64,000 nt of DNA from assembly GCF_963921235.1 (NCBI RefSeq), contig NC_086097.1, forward strand, positions 215,576,001-215,640,000, read 5' to 3'. The position numbers and the translations under genes are program-made. Shown piece after piece: positions 11,666 through 23,750 of this stretch (the first letter of the stretch is position 1; each line of letters begins with the position of its first letter). This DNA comes from Mobula hypostoma. Its lineage: Eukaryota. The notes under the pieces are model-generated. The model made no database searches. It worked only from the letters and a program-made list of their open reading frames with translations, and was not told the DNA's origin.

Positions 11666-14580
11666 TGTAATTAAGAACAATTACTGTATATTTTAAAAAT
11701 CATATGAAATTTATATAAATGGTTATGCAATTACATATCTTCATTCCCTCAATTAAATGGAGAAAGCACCATTGCTAAGGCTGGTCCAACTTGGCTGTAA
11801 GTCATATTGCTGAAGAAGAACTTATGGAACATTCCAACATTCCTTACAAAATTAAAGAGGAAAAAAGTTTTTTTCCCCTGAAATCATCCCTGTTTGTCCT
11901 CAGATTTGGTGTTTATTCCAGGAGTTATTATCTTTATCAAATCAGTGGCTTAGTCACATGGTTGATCATCTCTTTGAAAGAGAGATTATTACTGTCATAG
12001 AATTCCTGGTGTGTCTGCTCCAGAGCAATCATGTCCTTTCCACAGTGTGGTGACTAGAATTGCACAGAATTACAGCTGGGGCCTAACCAATCTTTTATAA
12101 TGCTGGATTTTTGATCTTGTTTAATTCACTTGGCATAGATGAGGAATCAAGAATGGAGCCTTCTTTGTACCATCCCAAAATCATAACAGCCTAATGATAC
12201 ACTGAAACAACTGGAAAACTCCAAATTTTAACTTCTTAGTAAAATTAGGGAAAAAAAGGCGTATTTTGGCACTGGCATTCATAATATCATTGTGAACTTT
12301 TTATTTACAAACTTGATATGTTGATATTCAGTAATTTATCAGGAATCTCCTTTGCCTGTCGTTTGCATAGAGATATCAACAAAATGGACTGAATTATAAG
12401 GTTTTATTTAGTTTGTCCAATGTAGTATTTAATCTAATAATTCATAAAATACAAATGTTCATCTCAAACGAGCAAATTTTTTCAAGAATCTAATGTACTG
12501 GAGCTCATTGATCTTTGTTATTGTACTTCCTGATTTCTGAGAAAGCTTCAATAACTAGATTTTTATAGTTTCCACATATTACTTGTAGTCAATTTGAAAC
12601 ACACTTTGCACAGATTGACAAAAGGAGACAACTGTCACTTTAAAATCTGGCAACAGTAGCAAGTCTGGATTTGAGTGCTTTGAAATACCATGAAGAAATG
12701 CTGTAGGTGTTTGCAGATGATATAAACTCAAGTAGAAGCCAGCACGCAATATGGCAAAAATGATTCAAGCAAATCAACTTCATGGAGCCTCTGCTATTTG
12801 CCATCTGGCGCAAAATCAACCAAATGGATCTCTGCATATTCATCTTCATTTGTGAAAATACTCAGGAGAGTGTCATTCTTGGGTAAAATGCATAAAATAT
12901 CTATAATGCATAATATTCATGATGTCCTGACACTTGTCGTCTTCTCGACTCATATCATACCTATAGCTGGTTAGGTTTAAAGTTAGGTAAGTGTTTGCCT
13001 TTCTGCCATTTTGTTAATATGCATATGTGGTCACTTAATCATTTAAACTCTTGTGCTTACTATAGAACTAGTTGCCATGGTAAAATGATAGACATAAAAA
13101 TGGCACGAAAGCTCTAGTGTAACAGTGATTTACTCTTTTCCATTTAATAAATAAGGCATGAAATTAGATATTACAAAATTTCCAGATGACGACACTAGCC
13201 CTAGTTTGGAAGTTACAAACATTTGGATAGATCCCTCACTGTGGCTTTGAATAATCTTGGAACTGGGCTTATATTATTTGAATGTAAGGTGAGGTGAAAG
13301 ATTAAAGCCAACAGGAACTGCAACTACCCACCCATCTCAGATGCAAGTAATTGCTAGAATCCTGGAGGAATTTTATCAAGAAACAAACCACAGCTTTGCC
13401 ACAAAGATGCTATCTGATGTTAAATGCAGTATTGCTGCTGCATTCACTTTGACATGGACAAAGGAAACAAGTAGCTATTAACCAACACACATGTCGTGAT
13501 CAAGTTAAATGGAATGCTTATATAAGCAGGATGTTAAGCAAATGAAGTGACAGAATTTAATACTGAACCTCATTGCTCTACAATGCAACCTTGCATTTTA
13601 TCGTAATTATTCTATTCATAGAGGTATCCCCAAGTACTTCACAGTACAGGAGTGAGAAGTCCAGAACAAACAGGATAGAAAACAGACACTAAAAAGCTAA
13701 CAATAAAACAACGCATCTAAAATATCTTCAGGGCAGAAATTCTCTTTTTTTGTGATCGGCTTCTGATTAGGCAGCTTGGGGATTTTGGTTAGGTTAAAGA
13801 GAAATGATATTAAAAAAATATTGTTTTACTGCTTTTTACTGGATTGACATGAGTTTTATTAAATACCCTTTTCTGATATTAGCAAGTAATGGACAAGGCT
13901 CACAACCAGATCAGATCAATAAATTAATGAATTGCTCTTCATCATTGCTGGCCTGTAAAATGGGTTTAAGCTGACCTAAAATTAATCATGTTCTACAGCT
14001 GTTTGCTAATTTAAAATAGATTATTTAATTTTAGGGTATAAATACATTTTCTTTAGATTACAGATTCTAGAGAATATGAAAGGCTACTCACACTTTCTCC
14101 TGCTAAAGTACTTGGTACTTAACTTTTATAACCAATTTTAATATGCCAGCTCTTTTCGTTGGCCTGAGTAACATTACACACCCTATGGGTTCCTGATCTC
14201 TAGTGGAGTGATATTCAGAGGTTGCAGAATGTATTACTTACTCAAAATTTTACTCAGGCTGTGCACACTTATTTACATATCCTACATTTCTTCCCCACTT
14301 AAAAGAAGCAACAAATATGAAAAAGTAAGCTAGTTTCAACAATATTTAGGGGGCTAAATTGGGTATTGTTTTTATTACTAAAGAGAAGGTGTTTGGGAAA
14401 CTGAAGGTCTGAAGGTAGGTAAGTCAGCTGGAGCAGATGGAATACACTTCAGGGTTCTGAAAGAGGTAGCTGAAGAGATTGTGGAGGCATTAGTTGCAAT
14501 CTTTCATGAATCATTAGATTTTGGAATGGTTCTGGAGTGACTAGAAAATTGCAAATGTCTCTCCACTCTAAGAAATGAGG

Positions 14581-14845
14581 CATCCGTTGGTCTTGGGAGA
14601 CCATGGATCTGCGCCTGGAAAGTCTTCACTCTCCAGGGCGCAGGCCTGGGCAAGGTTGTATGAAAGACAGGCAGTTGTCCATGCTGCAAGTCTCCCCTCT
14701 CCACGACACCAATGTTGTCCAAGGGATGGGCAAAGGCCGATACAGCTTGGCACCGGTGTCGTCGCAGAACACCATGTGGCTAAGTGCCTTGCTCAAGGAC
14801 ACAACACGCTGCCTCGGCTGGAGCTCGAACTCACGACCTTCAGGC
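14581..14845 (-). mobile_element. 5'-truncated tRNA/CORE-like SINE nested in CR1
   Basis: Minus strand has B box GAGTTCGAGCTCC followed by TGTGTCCTTGAGCAAGGCACTTAGCC. Flanked by AAGAAA(T/G)GAGG at 14570 and 14846. Confidence 0.75.
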
Positions 14846-14881
14846 AAGAAAGGAGGAAGGCAGAGAAAAAATTATAGGCCA

Positions 14882-15035
14882 ACATGAGGAAATCTGCAGA
14901 TGCTGGAAATTCAGGCAACTCACACAAAATGCTGGTGGAACGCAGCAGGTCAGGCAGCATCTATAGGAAGAGGTGACAGTCAACGTTTTGGGCTGAGACC
15001 CTGTGTCAGGAATAACTGAAAGAAGAGATAGTAAG
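14882..15035 (-). mobile_element. Penelope-like pLTR fragment nested in CR1
   Basis: pLTR sequence with 11-bp TSD ATTATAGGCCA at 14871-14881 and 15036-15046. Confidence 0.85.
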
Positions 15036-16544
15036 ATTATAGGCCAGTTAGCTTGACGTCAGTGGTTGGAAAGATGTTGGAGTCCATTATTAAGGATGTA
15101 GTTTCAGGATACTTGGAAGTACATGACAAATGAGGCAAAGTCAGCATGGTTTCCTTAAGGCGAAATCTTGCCTGACAATTCTGTTGGAATTCTTTGAGGA
15201 AATAATAGGCATGGTACACAAAGGAGAGTCAGTGGATGTTTTTTACTTGGCTTTCCAGGAGGCCTTTGACAAGGTGCCACATATGAGGCTGCTTAACAAG
15301 ATAAGTGCCCATGGTGTTACAGGAAAGATACTGGCTTGGATGAAAGATCGTCTGATTGGCAGGAGGCAAGGACTGGAAATAAAAGGGGCCTTTTTCTGGT
15401 TGGCCGCCAGTGACTAGTGGCGATCTGCAGGGACTGGTGTTGGGACTGCTTCTTTTCACATTATGATAGAATGGCAGAGCAAACTCGCTGAGCCCAATTC
15501 TGCTCCTATGCCTTATGGTCTTATATTTATAAATTTAACCAGTCACCTATGATGTAAATTCCCTACATTCTTCAGAACTGTACTGGTGTTGCTTGACTTA
15601 ATGCTGGAAATTCAATAGATGTTAGAGTCTTACAGCATGAAAACAGGCCCCATGACCCACTGCATCCACTTTCCCAAATTAGCTCTGTCTTTCTCTGCTT
15701 TGCTTTTTCAGGTGCCCTGTGTGAATGCCTCTTAAATATAATGATTGTATCTGATTTTGTCACCTCACCTGTCAGCATACTCAATGTGGAAATAGAGATT
15801 TTTCATTATGTTATTGATGTAGCATCCATATTTAAGACTCACTGAACATGTCACTCCTTGACTCTTTCCAGTTACGTACTTCTATGTGAGCTCCTCTTCA
15901 GTAAGTGAAGGGATCATTTCAGGTGTCTATTCAAACACACAATCTTCCTCACTGTTCTTCAGCAGATCTGCAACAAAATCAGTGCCTATGTGAGCCATTC
16001 CAAATTTGTCCCCAAGACTTGAGAGATAATTCTTGGAACTGTTTCTCTACAATGTTTTCAGTACTCTATTTTCCCAGCTGCAAAGTCATTGGTGATGTCA
16101 ACACCCAGACCTTATCATGTGATCTAAACCACCTCCCTTTATTGCATGTGTCCTGATACCTGTGATGTTACAACTTCCTAAGTTTGCTGAATCAGAATCA
16201 GGTATGTCCCAAATATTCTGTGAATAACCATTTCTGCAGGACTCTTTAATGTGGTGGAATGCAGCATTGAATTGAATTTCAAAGGAATATGTTTAAAACA
16301 TTTACCTTATTGTAAAATCATATCAGCCTTTCATGAACGCTTCTTAGAGCACCTTCAACATCCTGGTCTGTCAGCTTCTTCATTTAAAACTGAATGAAGA
16401 GAAGTTGTGAAACCCATGCTGTTTTGAAATGGCTGGATTGGTGGGCCATTAATCAATAAAATCTCATTGGAAGATCAGATGTTATGACATTGAATCCGAG
16501 TTCTTCTGGGGTATGTTGGACATACATTCTTCTGGGATATATTT

Positions 16545-17205
16545 AAAAATCCATTTTAAATATACTTAATTACTTGGCCTGCACAGCTGTCTGTGGCAAT
16601 GAATTCCACAGATTCACCAACCTCTGGCATAAAAAAAATTCCTCCTCATCTCTGTTCCAAATAGATGTCCCTCCATTCTAAGGCTGTACTCTTTGGTCCT
16701 AGATTCACCCAAAACTGGAAACATCCTCTCCACATCCACTGTCTGGGTCTTTCAATATGTGATACAGTATGTTTCAATGAGGTCCCCTATCTTCTAACTC
16801 AGTGAGTACAGGCCCAGAGCCATCAAATGCTCATTTGTTAACCCTTTTGTTCCCTGAATCACTCGTGACCTTCTCTGGATCCTCTCTTTCTTAGGTAAGG
16901 AGCACAAACTGCTCAATGCTCCAAATAGGGTCTGACCAATGCCTTAAAAAGCCCCAGCATCACATCATTGCTCTTATATTCTACTCCTTTCAAAATGAAT
17001 AAGATTGCATTTCCTACCACTGACTCAACCCACCATTTCTTTGTCCATTCTCCCAATCTGCCCAAGTCCTTTTGCAGACTCTGCTTCCTCAACTCTACCT
17101 GTCCCTCCACTTACCTTTGTATCGTCTGCAAACTGGGCCACAAAGCCATTAACTCTGTCATCCAAATCTTTGGCATATAACGTGAAGAGAAATGGTCCCA
17201 ATACA
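16545..17205 (-). mobile_element. Degraded CR1 3' portion
   Basis: LQKDLGRLGEW and LFKALVRPYLEH peptides (ORF 16913..17110). Confidence 0.85.
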
Positions 17206-19430
17206 CCATTAGTTTCAACTTGATCATGGATAAGGATAGATCTGGTCCTTGGGTTGAGGTTCTAAACTGGAAAAAGGCCAAATTTGAAGAAATAAAAAGT
17301 GTGGATTGGGACAGGTTGTTCTCTGGCAAGGATGTGATTGGTAAGTGAGAGGCCTTCAAAGGAGGAATTTTGAGAGTGCAGAGTTTGTATGTTCCTGACA
17401 GAAATAAAGGCAAAGTGAATAAGAATAAGGAACCTTGGTTCCCAGGGGATATTGGAACTCTGATAAAGAAAAAGAGAGAGATGTATGACATGTATAGGAA
17501 ACAGGGAGCAAATAAGGTGCTCGAGTATAAAAAGTGCGGAAAAAACTTAAGAAATTCAGGAGGGCTAAAAGACGACATGAGGTTGCTTTGGCAGTCAAGA
17601 TGAAGGATAATCCAAAGAGCTTCTACAGGTATATTAAGAGCAAAAGGATAGTAAAGGATAAAATTGGTCCTCTTGAAGATCGGAGTGGTCGGCTATGTGC
17701 GGAACCAAAGGAAATGGGGGAGATCTTAAATGGGTTTTTTTGCGTCTGTATTTACTAAGGAAACTGTCATGGAGTCAATGGAAATAAGGCAAACAAGTAG
17801 TGAGGTCATGGAACCTATACAGATTGAAGTGGAAGAGGTGCTTGCTATCTTGGAAAAAAAAACCAGAGTAGACAAATCCCCAAGACCTGACAGTGTATTC
17901 CCTCGGACCTTGAAGGAGACTAGTGTTGAAATTGCGGGGCCCTGGCATATATATTTAAAATGTTGGTATCTACAGGTGAGGTGCCAGAGGATTGGAGGAT
18001 AGCTCATGTAGTCTCGTTGTTTAAAAAAGGCTCCAAAAGTAATCCGGGAAATTATAGGCCGGTAAGTTTGGCATCAGTAGTAGGTAAATTATTGGAAGGA
18101 CTACTAAGAGATAGGATCTACAAGTATTTGGATAGACAGGGACTTATTAGGGAGAGTTAACATGCCTTTGTACGTGGTAGGTCATGTTTAACAAATCTAT
18201 TAGAGTTTTTCAAGGAGGTTACCAGGAAAATGGATGAAAGGAAGGCAGTGGATGTTGTCTACATGGACTTCAGTAAGGCCTTTGACAAGGTCCTGCATGG
18301 GAGGTTAGTTAGGAAGATTCAGTTGCTAGGTATACATGGAGAGGTTATAAATTGGATTAGACATTGGCTCAATGGAAGAAGCCAGAGAGTGGTAGTGGAG
18401 GATTGCTTCTCTGAGTGGAGGCCTGTGACTAGTGGTGTGTCACAGGGATCAGTGCTGGGTCCATTGTTATTTGTCATCTATATCAATGATCTGGATGATA
18501 ATGTGGTAAGTTGGATCAGCAAATTTGCTGACTATACAAAGATTGGAGGTGTAGTGGACAGTGAGGAAGGTTTTCAAAGCTTGCAGAGGGATTTGGACCA
18601 GCTGGAAAAATGGGCTAAAAATGGCAGATGGAGTTTAATACAGACAAGTGTGAGGTATTGCACTTTGGAAGGACAAACCAAGGTAGAATATACAAGGTAA
18701 ATGGTAGGGCACTGAGGAGTGCAGTAGAACAGAGGGATCTGGGATTACAGATACAAAATTCCCTAAAGATGGCATCACAGGTAGATCGGGTCATAAAGAG
18801 AGCTTTTGGTACGTTGGCCTTTATAAATCAAAGTATTGAGTATAAGAGTTGGAATGTTATGATGAGGTTGTATAAGGCATTGGTGAGGCCAGATTTGGAG
18901 TATTGTGTGCAGTTTTGGTCACCAAATTACAGGAAAGATATTAATAAGGTTGAAAGAGTGCAGAGGAGGTTTACAAGGATGTTGCTGGGACTTGAGAAAG
19001 AGAGTTACAGAGAAAGGTCGAATAGTTTAGGACTTTATTCCCTGGAGCATAGAAGAATGAGGGGAGATTTGATAGAGATATATAAAATTATGATGGGTAT
19101 AGATAGAGTGAATGCAAGCAGGCTTTTTTCCCCCCACTGAGGCTAAGGGAGAAAAACAAGCAGAGGACATGAGTTAAGGCTGAAGGGGGAAAAAGTTTAA
19201 AGGGAACATGGGGGGGGGGGGCGCTTCTTCACAGAGTGATGGGAGTGTGGAATGAGCTGCCGGATGAAGTGTTAAATGCTGGCTCACTTTTAACATTTAA
19301 GAAATACTTGGACAGGTACATGGATGAGACGTGTATGGAAGGACGGGTCAGTGGGACTAGGCAGAAAAATAGTTTAGCACAGCCAAGAAGGGCTAAAAGG
19401 CCTGTTTCTGTGCTGCAATGTTCTATGGTT
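17206..19430 (+). mobile_element. CR1 LINE, 5'-truncated, ORF2 frameshifted
   Basis: Successive ORFs 17370-19140 give KEPWF, NPKSFYRYI, GNYRPVSL, DFSKAFDKV, KFADYTK and LEYCVQFWSP, followed by the 3' tail. Confidence 0.92.
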
Positions 19431-19993
19431 CAGCTTCGTCATACATGGGAGCCAGTTTTCAGTTCTTAATGCAAGCTGCAAGCAGTAATCAGTATAAAGT
19501 TAAAAAGACAGCTTTGCAAACAAGTACTGTCTATAAAGTACAGGATGCTGGCCCACAGCACCTTGGCTGAATACTCAAGAAATGCAGTAAAGACAATGGG
19601 CAAGTTAATTGGCTTGTATCAAAGCAGACCTAGAACTGAACTGTTTAGTTCGAGGAAGCTTGCAGACCAGATTGATACCATCACTTAGCACATCAAATAG
19701 CTGATCTATTAACAAAGTGTCAGCTTTACAGTATTAATTGTGCGAATCTGACAGTTCTGACCTTTGAAGTGTTCAGATCACCCATGTGAAAAGGTGTCTG
19801 GAAAAAAATATCATGTGTATGAAGTCACTCAAGTGGTAGTATAGATGTGAGAGAACATTCAAGCTTTTTAAAGAATGTGCCAAGAACATCAAGAATAATG
19901 AGAGAGAGAGTTGGGACGAGAATCCATTCTGCTGCCTTCAGTTTCTGAGATGCACAATTTGTTCAACTGCAACCTGTTGGTATGTCTGACTTA

Positions 19994-20230
19994 AACAACA
20001 GGAATTCTGCAGATGCTGGAAATTCAAGCAACATACATCAAAGTTGCTGGTGAACGCAGCAGGCCAAGCAGCATCTATAGGAAGAGGCGCAGTCGACGTT
20101 TCAGGCCGAGACCCTTCGTCAGGACTCCTTCGTCAGGACGAAGGGTCTCGGCCTGAAACGTCGACTGCGCCTCTTCCTATAGATGCTGCTTGGCCTGCTG
20201 CGTTCACCAGCAACTTTGATGTATGTTGGC
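19994..20230. mobile_element. Young Penelope-like insertion made of two inverted pLTR pieces
   Basis: Perfect 92-bp inverted repeat (20029-20120 / 20137-20228). TSD ATGTCTGACTTA at 19982-19993 and 20231-20242. Confidence 0.9.
20091..20126 (-). ncRNA. Minimal type I hammerhead ribozyme motif (PLE-associated)
   Basis: Minus strand AGTC-CTGACGA-AGG-gtctcgg-CCT-GAAACGTC-GACT: stem I AGTC/GACT, CUGANGA box, stem II AGG/CCT, GAAA box, palindromic ACGT in place of stem III, GUC cleavage triplet. Confidence 0.8.
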
Positions 20231-21264
20231 ATGTCTGACTTATTGTTAAAATGAGTTGTACCTGTATTTTGGAAATCTTCCATGTTTTAGAAATGATTTG
20301 TAAATTGGAAATATTTTGAGCTATAAATCTTCTTTCAGCATAAACTGCTTTAAGAATGTTACTTAAATTTAAATGTGTATTACTAAAAATAAATGAACCT
20401 AAACTACTTAGTTGGAAGTATCACCTCCTTAGTAGGGATGGGGGGGGGGGGCGGGGGTGCGACCTACTGCTCAAATAGTGAGTATTGGCAGCTAAACTCA
20501 CTGTGGAGGATAAACAGGGAAGTGAACTAGTCTTTGATGAGTAGGTAGCTGCAGTATAATCTCACTTTTGAGGGTACCCTTAGCTATCTAGATCAGATAG
20601 GGCTTAATATCTTTGAGCTTAGAACTTCACAGTCAGCAAACCCAACACCATTGCAAGTTCACCTCAATCCATGCTGAATGGCTGCCTACCAGTGCCTGTA
20701 AGTTTTCCCCCTCTTGTTTACAAGCAGCATGACCATTTCCACATTCAGAGTGTTGCTCTCCGCAGCTGTGAGCTTAGGCCTTAGCAGGTGCAGACCTTGC
20801 TATGAGGCTGTGGATATACTCCAGGCCAATAGACAAATCTAGGAGCTACTAAGTTAACAATGCCAAAATGATCTTAAATCACTAGTTTGTGGCCCCATTT
20901 CATTCAGTCTTTATTTGTGGGTAGCTTGGGCCATCTTGCAATGGAAAGGCTTTATATTCCAATCTGAAATTGTGCCCAAATCAATCCAATCAATCAAAAA
21001 ACACTTTCACACTACATCCTTCATCAATTTGGATGTTAGAAGAAAATTATTCTCTACTGTGTGTAGAGTGTAATTTCATTCTCTAAAGTGGAGCAGCATA
21101 AAGCAGTCATGCCAATGCAATTTGAGTGGGACTAGAATCTCAAAAACATTCAGTCATATGCATGGGAACAGGCTATTCAGCCCAGCTTGTCAATGATGAT
21201 CAGCAAGCACCATTCCATATTAATCCCATTCTTGATTACTTTGTTCAAACACAGTTTAAAACCA

Positions 21265-21645
21265 CAAGACCATAAGACAAAGGAGCAGAAGTCAGCCATT
21301 CGGCCCATCGAGTCTGCTCCGCCATTTTATCATGAGCTGATCCATTCTCCCATTTAATCCCCCGCCTTCTCACCATAACCTTTGATACCCTGGCTACTCA
21401 GATACCTATCTATATCTGCCTTAAATATGCCCAATGACTTGGACTCCACTGCCACCCGTGGCAACAAGTTCCATAGATTTACCACCCTCTGGTTAAAAAA
21501 TTTTCTTCGCATCTGTTCTGAATGGGCACCCTTCAATCCTTAAGTCATGCCCTCTCATACTAGACTCCCCCATCATGGGAAACAACTTTGCCACATCCAC
21601 TCTGTCCATGCATTTCAACATTCGAAATGTTTCTGTGAGGACCCC
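21265..21645 (-). mobile_element. CR1 3' fragment
   Basis: FFNQRVVNLWNLLP...IKGYGEKAG peptide and tail. Confidence 0.88.
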
Positions 21646-23250
21646 CAAACAGCAATAGAATTCTATATCTTCTGATCCTGTCACCTCTTTTTAAGAAATT
21701 GGTTTTAGCTTTCACTAACAGATCCACCTCATTTCCTCTGCTTCTTTGCCTGTCCTTGGTATATTAAGCTCCCCCACTATTAACTTCTTTCCCCAATGAC
21801 TCTGATGCGCAGAACATCATACTTGTCAATCTTTAACTGCTACAAGATCATCTACCTGGAAAAAGAAAATAGAAACATAGAAACCCCACAGCACAATACA
21901 GGCCCTTTTCCCACAAACCAGTGCTGAACATGTCCCTACCTTAGAAACTACCTAGGGTTACCCATAGCCATCTATTTTTCTAAGCTCCATGTACTGATCC
22001 AGGAGTTTAAAAGACCCTATTGTATCCACCTCCACCACTGTCACCAGCAGCTCATTACACGCACTCACCGCTCTCTGCATAAAAAACTTATCCCTGATAT
22101 CTCCCTCTGTACCTACTTCCAAGCACCCTGAAACTATCCTCTCGTTTTAGCCATTTCAGCCCTGGAAAAAAGCCTGATTATCCACAGGATCAATACCTTT
22201 CATTATTTTATACACCTCTATCAGGTCACCTCTCATCATCCGTCACTCCAAGAAAAGGCCGAGTTCACTCAACCTATTCTCATAAGGCATACTCCCCAAT
22301 CCAGGCAACATCCTTGTAAATCTCCTCTGCACCCTTTCTATGGTTTCCACATCCTTCCTGTAGTGAGGCAACCAGAACTGAGCACAGTACTCCAAGAGGG
22401 GTCTGATCAGGGTCCTATATAGCTGCAAAATTACCTCTTGGCTCTTAAACTCAATCCCACGATTGATGAAGGCCAATACACCATATGCCTTCTTAACCAC
22501 AGGGTCAACCTGCACAGCAGCTTCGAGTATCCTATGGACTCAGACCCCAAGATCCCTCTGATCCTCCACACTATCAAGAATCTTACCATTAATACTATAT
22601 TCTGCTATCATATTTGACCTACCAAAATGAACCACCTCATTTTTTTGGATTGAACTCCATCTGCCACTTCTCAGCCCAGTTTTGCATCCTACCAATGTCC
22701 AGCTGTAACCTCTGACAGCTCTCCACACTATCTACAACACACCCAAATTTTGTGTCATCAGCAAATTTACTAACCCATCCCTCCACTTCCTCATCCAGAT
22801 CATTTATGAAAATCATGAACAGTAGGGTCCTAGAACAGATCCCTGAGGCACACCACTGGTCACCGACCTCCACACAGAATATGACCCATCCACAACCACT
22901 CTTTGCCTTCTGTTGGCAAGCCAGTTCTGGATCCACAAAGCAATGTCCCCTTGAATCCCATACCTCCTTACTTTCTCAATAAGCCTTACATGGGGTACCT
23001 TATCAAATGCCTCAAAAATTCAATCAGGCTCACAAGGCATGACCTGCCTTTGACAAAGTTATGCTGACTATTCCTAATCATATTGTGCCTCTTAAATGTT
23101 CATAAATCCTGCCTCTCAGGATCTTCTCCATTAACTTACCAACCACTGAAGTAAGACTCACTGGTCTAGAGTTTCCTGGGCTATCTCTACTCCCTTTCTT
23201 GAATAAGGGAACAACATCCACAACCCTCCAATCCTCCAGAACCTCTCCTG

Positions 23251-23597
23251 TGTTGCAAGGATGTGGCTGGGGACAAACCCAAGTACAGGACACAGATGCT
23301 GAGGCTGAGTCATTAGGCATAGCACCTCCACAAACTGGGAGCCAATATCCAGGAGACAATGCAAAGCTTAGAACTAACAGTTCTCAGGAATACAAAACAA
23401 GGTTTACTCTCACAAGAGTCAACCAACAAACTGGCAGCTTCTTGCTGTGGTCTCAGGGTTTTTATCCTGCTGTTTGATGAGAAGCAGGTGCATGTAGTTA
23501 GTGGTACTTGGGAATGATTGGAATCTAAATGAGGTGATCGAGGCCCAAATCTTGAGGCAAATGGCAAGGTGGGGAATTGCCAGAAGGGACCATGACA
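23251..23597. mobile_element. Solo LTR (Gypsy/BEL-like), 347 bp
   Basis: TG...CA termini, perfect 5-bp TSD TCCTG (23246-23250, 23598-23602), cleanly interrupts the CR1 coding sequence. Confidence 0.8.
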
Positions 23598-23750
23598 TCC
23601 TGTCCCACTGATGATGCAAAGATCATCGCCAGAGGCTTAATAATCTCCTCCCTCGCCTCCCACAGTAGCCTGGGGAGCATCTTGTCCGGTCCCGGTGACT
23701 TATCCAACTTGAAGCTTTCCAAAAGCTCCAGCACATCCTCTTCCTTAATA

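Larger units (their letters stand above)
14380..15520 (+). mobile_element. Degraded CR1 RT fragment carrying two nested insertions
   Basis: RQSQHGFLKAKSCLT and AFDKVPH (ORF 15130). Interrupted at ~14581-14845 and 14882-15035. Confidence 0.85.

Noticed and set aside
20130..20166. Second hammerhead on the plus strand of the palindrome
   Set aside because: The core reads AGGACGA instead of CTGANGA.
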